A stretch of DNA of 53,071 bases, taken from NCBI GenBank assembly GCA_016218345.1, contig JACREH010000116.1:1-53071 (forward strand), in the 5' to 3' direction. Positions within the stretch are counted from its first letter, which is position 1, and each line of letters begins with the position of its first letter. The notes under the pieces were generated by a model. It was not told the DNA's origin, did not search any database, and worked only from the letters and a program-made list of their open reading frames with translations. Source of the stretch: Gammaproteobacteria bacterium. Its GTDB lineage: Bacteria; Pseudomonadota; Gammaproteobacteria; Acidiferrobacterales; UBA6901. This document shows, piece by piece, positions 19,746 to 34,366 of this stretch. The position numbers and the translations under genes were made by a program.

Positions 19746-20936
19746 ATGTTCGAGAAAGACCGCTGGTTGTTGCCGGAAGGCGTTGACGAGATCCTGCCGC
19801 CCGAGGCGCGCCGGCTCGAAGCCATGCGCCGGCGCCTGCTCGACCTGTTCGATTTGTGGGGCTACGAGCTGGTGATGCCGCCGCTGGTCGAGTACCTCGA
19901 ATCGCTGCTGACCGGCAGCGGCCGCGATCTCGATCTGCAGACCTTCAAACTCACCGATCAGCTGACCGGCCGGCTCATGGGTATCCGCGCCGACATGACG
20001 CCGCAGGCGGCGCGCATCGACGCGCATTACTTGAAACGCCAGGCGCCGGTGCGCCTGTGTTATGTCGGCAGCGTGCTGCGCACCCGCCCCGACGAATTCG
20101 CCGGCTCGCGCGAGCTGCTGCAACTCGGCGCAGAACTGTACGGCCACCCCGGCCCGGCGAGCGACATCGAAGTGCTGCGACTCATGCTCGAGACCCTGGC
20201 GACCGTCGGCCTGACCGATCTGCATCTCGATCTCGGCCAAGTCGGGGTATTCCGCGGACTGGCCAAGGACGCCGGCTTGGCGCCGGAACTGGAGGCGGCG
20301 TTGTTCGATGCGCTGCAACGCAAGGCGCGCCCCGAGGTCGAGGCGCTGCTGGCCGGCGGCGACTTGGCCACCACGAAAAAACAGGCGCTCGCGGCGCTGC
20401 TCGATTTGAACGGCGCCGGCGACGTGCTTCCGCGGGCGCGCGCGTTATTGAAGTCCGCGCCCTCTGAAGTCGTCCAGGCGCTGGCCAATCTGCAAACCGT
20501 GGCCGAGGCGGTGCAACGCGCCTATCCGAAACTGCCGGTCTATTTCGATCTGGCCGAGCTGCGTGGCTATCGTTACTACACCGGCGTGCTGTTTTCGGCG
20601 CTGGTCCCCGGCCGGGGGCAGGCGGTCGCCCAGGGCGGCCGCTACGACGGCATCGGCAAGGCCTTCGGGCGGGCGCGCGCCGCCACCGGCTTCAGCGCCG
20701 ACCTGCGCCAGCTGTTGAAAATCGCCCCGGCGGTCGACGTCCCGCCCGGCGCGATCCTGGCGCCGGCCGGCGACGAGCCGGAGTTACAGCAGGCGATCGC
20801 GCGCCTGCGCGCCGCCGGCGAACGGGTCGTGTCGGCCCTGCCGGGCGCGACCGCGGCCGCCGCCGAACTGGGTTGCGACCGCGAGCTGGTCAAGCAGGGC
20901 GGGGCGTGGGCTGTCAACAAACTCGCTGGTCGTTGA
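19746..20936 (+). CDS. hisZ: ATP phosphoribosyltransferase regulatory subunit
   Basis: WLLPEG, RADMTPQAARIDAH, GGRYD, ATGFS; upstream of purA. Confidence 0.95.
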   Translation: MFEKDRWLLPEGVDEILPPEARRLEAMRRRLLDLFDLWGYELVMPPLVEYLESLLTGSGRDLDLQTFKLTDQLTGRLMGIRADMTPQAARIDAHYLKRQAPVRLCYVGSVLRTRPDEFAGSRELLQLGAELYGHPGPASDIEVLRLMLETLATVGLTDLHLDLGQVGVFRGLAKDAGLAPELEAALFDALQRKARPEVEALLAGGDLATTKKQALAALLDLNGAGDVLPRARALLKSAPSEVVQALANLQTVAEAVQRAYPKLPVYFDLAELRGYRYYTGVLFSALVPGRGQAVAQGGRYDGIGKAFGRARAATGFSADLRQLLKIAPAVDVPPGAILAPAGDEPELQQAIARLRAAGERVVSALPGATAAAAELGCDRELVKQGGAWAVNKLAGR

Positions 20937-20974
20937 GCTAATAATTTTTTACGCAAAGGCGCAAAAAATACCTC

Positions 20975-21030
20975 AGCCACAGATGAACGCAGATAAAGAT
21001 TGAATTATTTATCTGTGTTCATCTGTGGCT
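20975..21030. repeat. CAGATGAAC-family palindrome, copy C
   Basis: 23-bp arms AGCCACAGATGAACGCAGATAAA / TTTATCTGTGTTCATCTGTGGCT with one G-T pair. Confidence 0.9.
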
Positions 21031-21058
21031 AATTTAAATTAGTTTTCCTAAAGTTTAA

Positions 21059-22360
<1,302 letters not shown>

Positions 22361-22379
22361 CATCAGCATGGTAAACACC

Positions 22380-22462
22380 CGACGTAAAGCCGCCAAGACG
22401 CAAAGAAAAGCATGATAAAGGATTAAATCGATATCCCTTTGCGCCTTCGCGCCTCTGCGTCG
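22380..22462. repeat. CGCAAAG/CGCAGAG-family imperfect palindrome
   Basis: CGACGTAAAGCCGCCAAGACGCAAAG / CTTTGCGCCTTCGCGCCTCTGCGTCG, 21/26 complementary, 8-bp internal periodicity. Confidence 0.75.
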
Positions 22463-22477
22463 AAAGTTAATATAGCC

Positions 22478-23530
22478 ATGATCGACTGGAACAATCGCTG
22501 GAAGGAATTTCTCATTGAGCAGGGCGCGGCCACCGACGACGATGGCGTGCGCCATTTCGCCGAAGCCGATCAGCATGTCCAGAGCCGGCTGGCGGCCGAG
22601 GGCGATATTCTCGCCGATCTTTCCCATCTCGGTCTGATCCGGGTCGACGGCCCGGACGCCGCCGCCTTCCTGCAGGGCCAGCTGAGCAACGACATCCGCC
22701 AAGTCGACGCCGACCATGGCCAGCTGAGCGCCTACTGCCTTCCGAACGGCCGCATGCTGGCGCTGTTCCGCGTGTTTCTGCGCGCTGGCGCCTATTACCT
22801 GCAACTGCCGTCAACCATCCAACCGGCCACGCTCACGCGTCTGAAGATGTTCGTGCTGCGCGCGAAGGTTGCGCTGGCCAGCGCCGATCGGGAACTGATT
22901 CGCCTCGGGCTGTCCGGGCCGAACGCGTTGCACTTGCTGCGCGCCACGGGAATGACGCCACCCGCGCGTACCGACGAAGCGGCCGAACAGGACGGCATGA
23001 CGTTGCTGCGCCTGCCCGGCCGGCACCCGCGTTTTGAAATCATCGCCGGACTGGAGGCCGGGCAGCGGCTGTGGACGACGTTCGCCGGCCAAGCGGTCGC
23101 AGTCGGCGCCTCGGCCTGGTCATGGCTGGATATCGCCGCCGGGATTCCCACGTTGCAGCCGGGTGCGATCGACGAATTTATCCCGCAGATGGTCAATCTC
23201 GATTTGCTGGGCGGCGTGAGTTTTCAAAAGGGCTGTTATCCGGGCCAGGAGATCGTGGCGCGCGTGCATCACCTCGGGCGCGTCAAGCAACGTCTGTTTC
23301 TCGGCCATGTCGCGACCGGTGCGCGACCGGCGGTCGGCGCTCCGATTCACGCCACCGGTTCGGAGCAGGGTATCGGTTGGGTCGTGGACGCCCAGCCCGC
23401 GCCGGCCGGTGGCTACGATCTGACCGCGGTGCTCACTCTGGAACAGGTCGAGGCACCGCTGCGTCTGGGCGGTTTGCAGGGACCGCGCTTGACATTGCAA
23501 AAACCGCCGTATTCTACCGGCGATTTCTGA
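22478..23530 (+). CDS. ygfZ: Folate-binding Fe-S cluster repair protein YgfZ
   Basis: FLQGQLSND; signature KGCYPGQEIVAR. Confidence 0.94.
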   Translation: MIDWNNRWKEFLIEQGAATDDDGVRHFAEADQHVQSRLAAEGDILADLSHLGLIRVDGPDAAAFLQGQLSNDIRQVDADHGQLSAYCLPNGRMLALFRVFLRAGAYYLQLPSTIQPATLTRLKMFVLRAKVALASADRELIRLGLSGPNALHLLRATGMTPPARTDEAAEQDGMTLLRLPGRHPRFEIIAGLEAGQRLWTTFAGQAVAVGASAWSWLDIAAGIPTLQPGAIDEFIPQMVNLDLLGGVSFQKGCYPGQEIVARVHHLGRVKQRLFLGHVATGARPAVGAPIHATGSEQGIGWVVDAQPAPAGGYDLTAVLTLEQVEAPLRLGGLQGPRLTLQKPPYSTGDF

Positions 23531-23730
23531 ACGGCGCGCCGCTGGCCGCGATGCTTGTCAACGGTCGCCTACCTGTGCTTGAATGACCCGGGTTCGAGAG
23601 AGTGTATATTAGGAAATAATAATATAGGCCTGGACGGCCGGGCGTAAGAAGAGCAGTGGTTCTACCGAGAGGGGGAGTCGCTGCATCAATAACTAAATGT
23701 TTGCCGTCAACCAACCTTCGGAGGAGCCAG

Positions 23731-25317
23731 ATGATTTACACCAAAAAAACTCCCTGGACGCTGATTATGGGCATTATCATGGTGGCGTACGCCTACCTGG
23801 TAAAGTCCGGCGTCCTGGAACCGTTAATCAAATACCTGGGTACCGGAAAGCTCACCGGCGAAATGGTCACGCTGGGCTACGTGTTCGGCGGTATCGCGAT
23901 CGTCGTCGGCCTGTTGCAGCTGGCCGTCAAATTCAAGGAAGGCCATGCCGACTATTATCTTTCCACCATCGGCGGCCTGACCTTTATCATGCTGGTCGCG
24001 TTCGTGGTCAAGTGGGGCCTCGATCCGCAGATGAGCGCCTGGGGCAAGGCCGCCCAACCCGCGCTCGGCTTCAACTTCGCCAGCATCATGAACCTGAACT
24101 ACGTGGTGATGGGCATCATCGCCGGTATTATCGTGGTGAACGTGTTCAAGATCCCGTCCTGGGCGGAAAACGGCGTGCGCCTGTCGCGCCTCGGCCTGAA
24201 GACCGGCGTCATTCTGCTGGGTACCCTGTACAGCTTGGCGGAGCTGGCGCAACTCGGACGCCTGTCGGTGGTGTTGATCGGCTTCTTCGTGCTGGGTTCG
24301 GTCGGCATGGTGCTGTGGATGGGCTCGCGCCGCAAAATCCCGAATTCCATGGGCGGCGTGCTGTCCGCCGGCCTCGGCGTCTGCGGCGTGTCGGCCTCGG
24401 TGGCCGCGGCCCCGGTCGTGCAGGCCAAGTCCACGGAAATCGCCTACACCATTGGCACGATTCTGCTCTGGGGCGTGCTGATGATGTTCATCTTCCCGAT
24501 TGTCGGCAAGGCGCTCGGCATGGGCTACATCCAGTTCGGCGCCTGGGCCGGTACCGGCATCCTGAATTCCGCGCAGGTGGCGGGCGCGGCGTTGGCCTTC
24601 CAGCCGGACGGCATCGAGACCCTCAAGGTCGCCGAGATCTTCAACATCACCCGCGTGCTGTTCCTGCCGATCATCGTGCTGTGGCTGGCGGTGTGGTACG
24701 TGAAGCGCGAGCAGACCGGCATCAAGGTCAACCTCGGTCAGGTGATCGTCGGCAAGTTCCCGCTGTTCGTGATCGGCTTCATCCTGATGTTCGCCCTGTC
24801 CTCGACCGGCGTGTTCGCCCCGGCCCAGCATTACCAGGGCAAGTTCTTCGACAACAGCGAAGCCAAGCTGGTCAAGACCGACAAGGAAGGCAAGGTCACC
24901 AGCAAGCTGCTGAAGGATGAAGAGGTCGCACTCCTGTGGAAGGAAGCCGACAAGATCCAGCGCGAGGACCAGAAGAAAGCCCTGAGCGGTCTGGTCGAAA
25001 ACAAGAAGCTCATGTCGATCGACGACGACAACGCCCTGCGCGGTGTGGCCAACGCCAAGATCCTCTCCAAGGAAGCCAACGCCATCCTGAAGAAGGCGCA
25101 CGGTGCGGTTTATCATACCGCGGCCAAGATCGGGATGTTCCGCGATCTCATCGCCTGGTTCTTCACCTTCGGTCTGGTGGGCCTGGGCATGCAGATCACC
25201 ATGTCCTCGATCAAGCAGGCCGGTGGCCAGCCGCTCGTTATCGGCTCGGTGGTCGGCACGGTCAAGGCGGTTGGCTCCCTCATTGTGGTCATGATGTTCG
25301 TGCACGAAACCATCTAA
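23731..25317 (+). CDS. YeiH/PSE (putative sulfate exporter) family membrane protein, enlarged
   Basis: LKTGVILLG, GVCGVSA..A, FGAWAGTGI, NITRV, GLVGLG; GGAGGAG RBS before ATG 23731. Confidence 0.85.
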   Translation: MIYTKKTPWTLIMGIIMVAYAYLVKSGVLEPLIKYLGTGKLTGEMVTLGYVFGGIAIVVGLLQLAVKFKEGHADYYLSTIGGLTFIMLVAFVVKWGLDPQMSAWGKAAQPALGFNFASIMNLNYVVMGIIAGIIVVNVFKIPSWAENGVRLSRLGLKTGVILLGTLYSLAELAQLGRLSVVLIGFFVLGSVGMVLWMGSRRKIPNSMGGVLSAGLGVCGVSASVAAAPVVQAKSTEIAYTIGTILLWGVLMMFIFPIVGKALGMGYIQFGAWAGTGILNSAQVAGAALAFQPDGIETLKVAEIFNITRVLFLPIIVLWLAVWYVKREQTGIKVNLGQVIVGKFPLFVIGFILMFALSSTGVFAPAQHYQGKFFDNSEAKLVKTDKEGKVTSKLLKDEEVALLWKEADKIQREDQKKALSGLVENKKLMSIDDDNALRGVANAKILSKEANAILKKAHGAVYHTAAKIGMFRDLIAWFFTFGLVGLGMQITMSSIKQAGGQPLVIGSVVGTVKAVGSLIVVMMFVHETI

Positions 25318-25332
25318 GCGGAGGAATTCTTC

Positions 25333-25458
25333 ATGTCTAAAGAGAAATTTGATCGCGGGACCGCGCTCACCATCTTCAAGAACGATCGCGTCGAGGACCT
25401 GTCCGCGCTTGTCATATCGCTGGTCATCGCGTTCCTGGTCTATGTCTACATAAAATAG
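25333..25458 (+). CDS. 41-aa membrane peptide (not in ORF track)
   Basis: MSKEKFDRGTALTIFKNDRVEDLSALVISLVIAFLVYVYIK; strong GGAGGA RBS; lies before the operon terminator. Confidence 0.8.
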   Translation: MSKEKFDRGTALTIFKNDRVEDLSALVISLVIAFLVYVYIK

Positions 25459-25473
25459 TCGTAACTCCAACCG

Positions 25474-25513
25474 CCCCGGTGGTGTGCCTCGTGCCATCAC
25501 CGGGGTTTTTTTT
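25474..25513 (+). terminator. Intrinsic terminator after YeiH operon
   Basis: CCCCGGTGGTG...CATCACCGGGG stem followed by T8. Confidence 0.85.
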
Positions 25514-25528
25514 GACGAAGTGAAACCC

Positions 25529-25993
25529 ATGCTGAGAGCAAAACACGTACTGCTGGCGAGCCACGGCACGCAAGGCGCGCGCGCCGCCGAGAAGCTGGCG
25601 TTCTCGCTGTGCGCCCCCGGGGCCAGCCTGCATCATCTGATCGTGGTCCCGGATTTTTGGAAGGGCATGATGGGCGACGACTGGCTGAACAACGCCGCCA
25701 CCCGCGAGATCTACGGCGACTATGTGGAAACCCAGCTGGAAAACGAGGTTCGAACGCATATTCGGCGCCTGCGCAAGCAAGCCGCCAAACGCAGAATTCG
25801 CTACGATTTCACCATGGTGCAGGGCAAGCCGACCGAGTGCCTGGCGGCGCGCGCCGCCAAGGGGCCGGTGGACATCGTGGTGCTGGGTTCGCCGCGTCCG
25901 CGCGGCAAGACCGGCTACCGGTCCGGAATCGAACTGGACAAGCTCGCGCGCCGCGTGCGCCGGCCGATCCTGATCGCGCCGTTTCCGAAATGA
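25529..25993 (+). CDS. Universal stress protein (Usp)
   Basis: KHVLLASHGT N-terminus, G.P...L, DIVVLGS, PILIAP C-terminus. Confidence 0.85.
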   Translation: MLRAKHVLLASHGTQGARAAEKLAFSLCAPGASLHHLIVVPDFWKGMMGDDWLNNAATREIYGDYVETQLENEVRTHIRRLRKQAAKRRIRYDFTMVQGKPTECLAARAAKGPVDIVVLGSPRPRGKTGYRSGIELDKLARRVRRPILIAPFPK

Positions 25994-26595
25994 ACCGGGA
26001 TCCGGCCACGACCGCCGAGGACAAGGTCTGGGTGGAGATCGCCACGCCGCTCGCCCTCGACGCGCTGCGCCGGTTCTGCGACGATCTGGAACGCCTGTAC
26101 CGCATCAACCCCTATCTGGATTTCACGGTCTGGCGCAACACCGGCCCCGACCGGTATCACATCGAGTTCCATAACAACAGCAACGAGCAGGACGTTGCGC
26201 TCGATCTCACCCGCCGGCGCGAGTCCGATCTGGCGTTCATCGTCGAGTACGCCCGGGGCATCAAGGCCGCCACGCGCTTCGAACTCGCCGCCACCGAGCG
26301 CGGCAGCAAACTCACGATCACCGACGATTACAGCCGTCTGCCGCCGGCCGAACGCGAACAGCGTCTGCACGAGGTCGACAAGAGCCTGACGGCCTGGGGG
26401 CAGGGGGTGTTCGACTACCTGCGGCACCTTCGGCGCTGGGGCTGGTTCGCGCCATGGCGCTGGTACATGCGCCGGGTGTGGACGCCGATGCGGCCGATGA
26501 CGCGGCGCATTACCTGGATGGTGATCCTGGTCGATGTCGCGTTCTTCGCGCTGTTTTTATTTGTGATGCTTATCTATTGGGTGGAGTACGGCTGA
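25990..26595 (+). CDS. Hypothetical protein, possible SRPBCC/START-like fold with C-terminal TM helix
   Basis: ATGA overlap with usp; D.ERLYRINPY and GSKLTITDDY patterns; hydrophobic C-terminus. Confidence 0.65.
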   Translation: MNRDPATTAEDKVWVEIATPLALDALRRFCDDLERLYRINPYLDFTVWRNTGPDRYHIEFHNNSNEQDVALDLTRRRESDLAFIVEYARGIKAATRFELAATERGSKLTITDDYSRLPPAEREQRLHEVDKSLTAWGQGVFDYLRHLRRWGWFAPWRWYMRRVWTPMRPMTRRITWMVILVDVAFFALFLFVMLIYWVEYG

Positions 26596-26625
26596 CAACA
26601 CGCATGCAGCGGCGGGTTTGAAACT

Positions 26626-26654
26626 GTAGGGGCGGGTTTGAAACCCGCCCCTAC
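26626..26654. repeat. GTAG-type REP palindrome
   Basis: Perfect GTAGGGGCGGGTTT-G-AAACCCGCCCCTAC; partial direct copy at 26611-26624. Confidence 0.88.
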
Positions 26655-26944
26655 TTCCGTGTCGGTTCGATGATCTGGTAGAAGGTCTCGCCCTTCTTGA
26701 CCATCCCGAGCTCGTTGCGGGCGCGTTCTTCGATCGCCTCCAGGCCCTGTTTCAGGTCCAGCACCTCGGCCTCGAGCGCGCGGTTGCGCGCGCGCAGCTG
26801 GGCGATTTCGGTCTGGTGCGCGGCGACCTCGCGTTGCAGCTGCCAGAGCGCGAGGACCCCCCCGTTGCCGACCCACAGCGGATATTGCAGCGCCAGCAGC
26901 AGCCCGAGCAAGGTGTAACGGATGATCTGCACGCGCGCAATCAT
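26651..26944 (-). CDS. ftsB: Cell division protein FtsB
   Basis: LQYPLW.G.GG, coiled coil, IEERARNELGMVK.GETFY; downstream of eno. Confidence 0.95.
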   Translation of the reverse strand: MIARVQIIRYTLLGLLLALQYPLWVGNGGVLALWQLQREVAAHQTEIAQLRARNRALEAEVLDLKQGLEAIEERARNELGMVKKGETFYQIIEPTRK

Positions 26945-26969
26945 GGACTGGACGGCGAGCGGGCCGGGG

Positions 26970-28280
<1,311 letters not shown>

Positions 28281-28295
28281 TTAAGTTTCTGGGTA

Positions 28296-28395
28296 TTCAC
28301 GCGGAGCGGGCAGCGGCGCGGAGAACGTGGAGTTCAGGGGTTATTCGCAAAAAGCTTCTTTGCCTTCTCTGCCTTCTCTGCGTCTCTGCGTTGAA
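28296..28395. repeat. Degenerate CGCAGAG-family palindrome
   Basis: TTCACGCGGAG...CGCGGAGAACGTGGAG on the left; TGCCTTCTC-TGCCTTCTC-TGCGTCTC-TGCGTTGAA on the right. Confidence 0.65.
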
Positions 28396-28428
28396 AATTA
28401 ATACAAACTCTCTCTTCTTGCTCGCTTC

Positions 28429-30992
<2,564 letters not shown>

Positions 30993-31135
30993 TTAACACA
31001 ATGAGAATGCCCGATTTTTTCGGTATCCGGGCGCAAAAAACCCGACGCACAGGGCAAACACGCAGAGAATTGCGTTTGCGGTTTGCGTGAACAGTTCGTG
31101 GCGTGCTCGGCGGATTGGCGCCGGGCGTAAACGGC

Positions 31136-32500
31136 TTACAGCGGTTGTAGAACAAGCCGCACGCCCGGCTCGTCGGCGCGCGCCGCATACGGTTCGCACA
31201 CCCACAGATCGGCGACTGCGGCGAGCGCGCCGTCGGCGTAGAGCAGCGGCAGGCGCCCGCGCCGCCACGGGGCGACATGGCTGGCCTGGAGCAATTTCTT
31301 GAGTTTGTGCCGGTGGCGGCGCCCAGGCAGGCGACAGACCTCGCCGCCGTGACGCAGGCGCACGCGCAGCGGCGCGGCCGGCAGGCGCGCGCGTGCCAGG
31401 CCTTGACCGTCGGCCGGCACCGCCAGCAGCCGCCAGCCGAGTTGCGGAAGCTCCAGCGGGCCGCTCAGGTCCCACGGCAGGTCGAGCGTCGATACCGGCG
31501 CGGCCAGGGGCGCGGCCGCCTGCAGGCCGTCGCGGTAACGCCAGACCTCCACGCCCGGCCAGGCGAGCCGCGCCCGCCGGCTGGCGGGCTCGTGGTCGAC
31601 CAGCGCGGTCAGGTCCTCGAGTTGCTGGGTGGTCGGCGCCGGCAGGCCTTGATGACGCAGCCAATAGCGCAGCAGATTGGCCAGACGGGCGTGCGGCAGA
31701 GCGCGCAGCGCGCCGATCGAGAGCGTGGCGCGCTCGCCCGCCGGACCCGGGCAGCGGCCCAGGTCGTCGGCGGCGAGCGCGTCCAACAGCGCCGCCGCCG
31801 CGGCCGCGTGGCGGGCGCTGCGCGCCAGCAATTCACCGGCCTGCGGCCAGTGACGCCGCACCACCGGCAGGACCTCGTGGCGAATGACATTGCGCCGGTG
31901 CTTGAGGTTTAGATTGCTTTCGTCGTCGATCCAGTCGAGGCGGTGATGCTCGGCGTAGGCGCGCAAGTCGGCGCGCGTGAAATCGAGCAACGGCCGGGCC
32001 AGCCGGCCGGGGCCGAAGGTCTTGATCGGGGCGATCGCCGCCAGGCCGTGCATGCCGGCGCCGCGCAGCAGTTGCAACAACACGGTTTCGGCCTGATCGT
32101 CTTGATGGTGCGCGGTGAGCAGCACCTGGTCCGGCGCCAGAGCGCGTTTGAGCGCGTCATACCGGGCTCGGCGCGCCGCGGCCTCCAGGCCGTCGCCGGC
32201 GGCGGAATCGACCCGGACCCGCACGGACTCGAACGCGACAGCGAGTTGCGCGCAAATCTGCCGGCAGTGGTGCGCCCACTCGGCCGAATCGGGATGGAGG
32301 CCGTGGTCGATGTGCATGGCGCGCAACGCGAAGGCCGGCCGGCGTCGGCCGCGCAGCCCGGCCAGGGCGTGCAGTAACACGTGGGAATCGAGTCCGCCGC
32401 TGAAGGCGACCGTGAACGAGGCGGTGGGGGACAACGCCAGGCGCTCGAACAGACTGGCCTCAAGCGCCGCTACCGAGAAACCGGGGTCAGATTTCCTCAA
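31136..32500 (-). CDS. tilS: tRNA(Ile)-lysidine synthetase
   Basis: [30 protein letters not shown]. Confidence 0.95.
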   Translation of the reverse strand: MRKSDPGFSVAALEASLFERLALSPTASFTVAFSGGLDSHVLLHALAGLRGRRRPAFALRAMHIDHGLHPDSAEWAHHCRQICAQLAVAFESVRVRVDSAAGDGLEAAARRARYDALKRALAPDQVLLTAHHQDDQAETVLLQLLRGAGMHGLAAIAPIKTFGPGRLARPLLDFTRADLRAYAEHHRLDWIDDESNLNLKHRRNVIRHEVLPVVRRHWPQAGELLARSARHAAAAAALLDALAADDLGRCPGPAGERATLSIGALRALPHARLANLLRYWLRHQGLPAPTTQQLEDLTALVDHEPASRRARLAWPGVEVWRYRDGLQAAAPLAAPVSTLDLPWDLSGPLELPQLGWRLLAVPADGQGLARARLPAAPLRVRLRHGGEVCRLPGRRHRHKLKKLLQASHVAPWRRGRLPLLYADGALAAVADLWVCEPYAARADEPGVRLVLQPL

Positions 32501-33446
32501 ATTGGCCGTAGTGCATGAGGCGGGCGTAGCGTGCCGCGACCAGTTGATCGACAGACAGGGAATTGAGCGTGGCGAGATGCGCGAGCAGGCTGGCCTTGAG
32601 GGTCGCGGCCATGGCGTCGATGTCGCGGTGCGCGCCGCCCATGGGTTCGGGGATCACCGCGTCGACCAGGCCGAGCTTGAGTAGGCGTTCGGCGGTGATG
32701 CCCATGGCCTCGGCCGCGGTCGGGGCCATGTCGGCGCTTTTCCACAGAATCGAGGCGCATCCTTCCGGCGAGATCACCGCGTAGGTGGCGTATTGCAACA
32801 TCAGCATGCGGTCGCAGACGCCGATCGCGAGTGCGCCGCCCGAGCCGCCCTCGCCGATCACGGTACTCAGGATCGGTGTCTTGAGCGCGGCCATGACGTA
32901 CAGATTGCGCGCGATCGCTTCGCTTTGGCCGCGTTCCTCGGCGCCCACCCCGGGGTAGGCGCCGGGCGTGTCGATGAAGGTCAGCACCGGCAGATGAAAG
33001 CGTTCGGCGGTGTGCATGAGCCGCAGCGCCTTGCGGTAGCCCTCCGGGCGCGGCATGCCGAAATTGCGCCGCACCTTTTCGCGGGTATCGCGCCCCTTTT
33101 GATGGCCGATCACCACCACCGGCTGGCCGTCGAGACGCGCCAGCCCGCTGACGATCGCCGGGTCGTCGGCGAACGCGCGATCGCCGTGCAGTTCTTCAAA
33201 ATCGGTGAAGATGCGCTGTAGGTAGTCGAGGGTGTAGGGGCGTTGCGGGTGGCGGGCGAGCTGGGCGATTTGCCAGGGGGTGAGGGCGGTGAAGATCGAT
33301 TCGGTGAGTTTGCGGCTCTTGGCGCGCAGGCGCTTGATCTCATCGTCGATATTGACCTCGCCGTCCTTGCCGCTATTGCGCAGGGCCTCGATCTTCGCCT
33401 CCAGGTCGGCGATCGATTGCTCGAAATCGAGATAGTTCTGATTCAT
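32487..33446 (-). CDS. accA: Acetyl-CoA carboxylase carboxyltransferase alpha
   Basis: [31 protein letters not shown]. Confidence 0.98.
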   Translation of the reverse strand: MNQNYLDFEQSIADLEAKIEALRNSGKDGEVNIDDEIKRLRAKSRKLTESIFTALTPWQIAQLARHPQRPYTLDYLQRIFTDFEELHGDRAFADDPAIVSGLARLDGQPVVVIGHQKGRDTREKVRRNFGMPRPEGYRKALRLMHTAERFHLPVLTFIDTPGAYPGVGAEERGQSEAIARNLYVMAALKTPILSTVIGEGGSGGALAIGVCDRMLMLQYATYAVISPEGCASILWKSADMAPTAAEAMGITAERLLKLGLVDAVIPEPMGGAHRDIDAMAATLKASLLAHLATLNSLSVDQLVAARYARLMHYGQFEEI

Positions 33447-33632
33447 GTCTCGGTCCGCGGTGGTTGGGGGTATTGTAAACCCCGGGCCCGCCGGGGTGGC
33501 AAGTATCGATTTTACACCGGCGCGCCGGGGAAATCCCGGCGAAATCCCCGGATTTGGCGTGGTCGTGACGGGGCTGGGCTTTTGGCATAGGCTTGTATCG
33601 TTCCGGACGAAACAGGCTCAAGGCGTGTCGCG

Positions 33633-34013
33633 ATGCAGAACAATAAACACCGGCCGGTTTATCTCAATCTACTTGCCATCCATTTGCCGATCACCGGCCT
33701 GGTATCGGTCCTGCACCGCGTCACCGGCGTGCTGGCGCTGCTGCTCGTGCCGGCGGCGCTGGCGTTATTGCAGCGTTCGTTCGAGGGCGAGAGCGGCTAT
33801 GCACAGGCGCGCGCGCTCCTCGCCAGTCCGGCGGGACGCCTGGCGGCGGTCGTGGCGATCTGGCTCATGACCCAGCATTTCTTTTCCGGTCTGCGGCATT
33901 TGCTGCTCGATCTCGATATCGGTGTGGCGCTCGCCGGCGCCCGGCGCAGCGCCGCCGCGGTGTTTCTGGCGAGCGCGGCGGTGACGCTGCTGGCGGCGTG
34001 GCGGCTGTTATGA
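33633..34013 (+). CDS. sdhC: Succinate dehydrogenase cytochrome b556 subunit
   Basis: RPVYLNL, SVLHRVTG, HFFSGLRHL. Confidence 0.95.
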   Translation: MQNNKHRPVYLNLLAIHLPITGLVSVLHRVTGVLALLLVPAALALLQRSFEGESGYAQARALLASPAGRLAAVVAIWLMTQHFFSGLRHLLLDLDIGVALAGARRSAAAVFLASAAVTLLAAWRLL

Positions 34014-34366
34014 GCGCGCGCGATCTCGGCAGCGCCCGCGCCGGACTGAACGGCTGGCTGGCGCAACGCATCACCGCCCTGTACCTGGCCGGGTTTTCGC
34101 TGTTTGCGACCCTGCGCCTGCTGCTCGATCCGATCACGGATTACCCGGCGTGGCGGGCCTGGCTGAGCGGCGGTGCCATGCGGCTGGCGCTGGCGGTCTT
34201 CCTGCTGACGGCGATCGTGCACGGCTGGCTGGGAGTGCGCAGCGTCTTGATGGATTACCTCCATCCGGGCGGCTGGCGGTTTTCGGCGAGCGTCGCCGTC
34301 GGTTTGGGTTTGCTGGCGCTGGCACTGTGGTCGGTGCAGATCGTATTCTGGGATCTGCGTCCATGA
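34010..34366 (+). CDS. sdhD: Succinate dehydrogenase membrane anchor
   Basis: WLAQRITA, HGWLG...V.MDY. Confidence 0.93.
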   Translation: MSARDLGSARAGLNGWLAQRITALYLAGFSLFATLRLLLDPITDYPAWRAWLSGGAMRLALAVFLLTAIVHGWLGVRSVLMDYLHPGGWRFSASVAVGLGLLALALWSVQIVFWDLRP

